Source: Candidatus Limnocylindria bacterium
Lineage (GTDB): Bacteria > Chloroflexota > Limnocylindria > P2-11E
Assembly: GCA_036518215.1 (NCBI GenBank)
Contig: DATDNP010000201.1
Location: forward strand, 24,448-88,447
Direction: 5' to 3'
DNA length: 64,000 nucleotides
Shown piece after piece: positions 63,704 to 64,000 of this stretch. Position numbers and translations under genes: made by a program. Position 1 is the first letter of the stretch, and every line of letters starts with the position of its first letter. Under the pieces are notes generated by a model. That model was not told the origin of the DNA. It did no database searches and saw only the letters and a program-made list of their open reading frames with translations.

Positions 63704-64000
63704 TGTCCAAGGAAGCTCTCGCGAAGGTGGTCCAGCGGGCGATCAGTGACGCGGCGTTCCGCCGTCAGATCTCGAGCGATCCGACGGGTGCGCTGCGCGG
63801 CTTCGACCTGACGTCGGACGAGACCGCGGCCATCCGCGCGGCGGACGCTGGCAAGCTCAGCGCGCTCGGCATCGACCAGCGCATGAGCAAGGCGTTCACC
63901 CTCGGCGGGAACGCGGACTCTCCGAGCATGGTCGGCGGCACCGACATCAACACGCTCGGCAGCGCGATCACGACCGGAAGCGCGGGCACGGCCGGCGGCG
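63704..64000 (+). CDS. Protein with a Nif11/NHLP-like N-terminal leader domain (5' part; paralog of 32241..32828)
   Basis: MSKEALAKVVQRAISDAAFRRQISSDPTGALRGFDLTSDETAAIRAADAGKLSALGIDQRMSKAFTLGG is about 60% identical to the N-terminus of the 32241 gene. It runs off the window end. Confidence 0.5.

Noticed and set aside
1-64000. CRISPR arrays, insertion sequences, integrases and prophage genes
   Set aside because: I looked for short regularly spaced direct repeats, transposase DDE motifs and tyrosine-recombinase signatures and found none. The repeats seen are intragenic (GAF units, Gvp paralogs, Ig-like repeats) or short regulatory-type palindromes.

Overview
This is a very high-GC window (about 70% or more by eye) with frequent GTG starts and 1-4 nt stop/start overlaps, so it is most likely actinobacterial or Chloroflexi-like chromosome. 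It is densely coding on both strands, and I saw no CRISPR array, transposase or integrase. Many of the long ORFs in the six-frame track with Arg/Pro/Ala-rich translations are frame shadows of real genes and were discarded.

Recognisable content, in order along the window:
- Pantothenate genes panC (translationally coupled to an MFS transporter) and panE-panB.
- Two GT-C-like membrane glycosyltransferases flanking a secreted GH43 lipoprotein.
- A CoA operon coaD-coaX-coaBC.
- A membrane sensor kinase/OmpR pair divergent from an operon encoding a Tat-exported 4x[4Fe-4S] NrfC/PsrB-like protein, an NrfD/PsrC-like membrane subunit and three Ig-like membrane/lipoproteins, with no catalytic subunit.
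- A split REC / LuxR-HTH-PAS pair.
- Histidine-utilisation genes hutI and ftcD preceded by a strongly structured inverted-repeat leader.
- A GNAT + o-succinylbenzoate-synthase/N-succinylamino-acid-racemase pair.
- aqpZ, a ChrB-like gene, an FAD oxidase and tRNA-Lys(UUU).
- A compact gas-vesicle cluster: gvpF-gvpG-gvpL-gvpS-like-gvpF/L-gvpK-gvpJ-gvpA, with no gvpN or gvpO. It is followed directly by a GAF-PAS-PAS histidine kinase and a REC-kinase hybrid.
- A transketolase-family gene, pyrE, and a GAF-protein/eda/GH15/TolB-like operon, then add.

The most unusual locus is at the 3' end, 52.1-63.6 kb. Two paralogous multi-GAF histidine kinases (7 and 3 GAF units, sharing a near-identical duplicated kinase core) lead a chain of translationally coupled genes. 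The chain encodes a single-domain receiver, a receiver-adenylate/guanylate-cyclase fusion, a site-2 (M50) intramembrane metalloprotease fused to two cyclic-nucleotide-binding domains, and a small Cys-rich zinc-ribbon protein. This predicts an undescribed phosphorelay -> cNMP -> nucleotide-gated regulated-intramembrane-proteolysis pathway.

Two paralogous genes whose N-termini resemble Nif11/NHLP RiPP-type leader domains sit immediately next to this locus and next to the gas-vesicle cluster.
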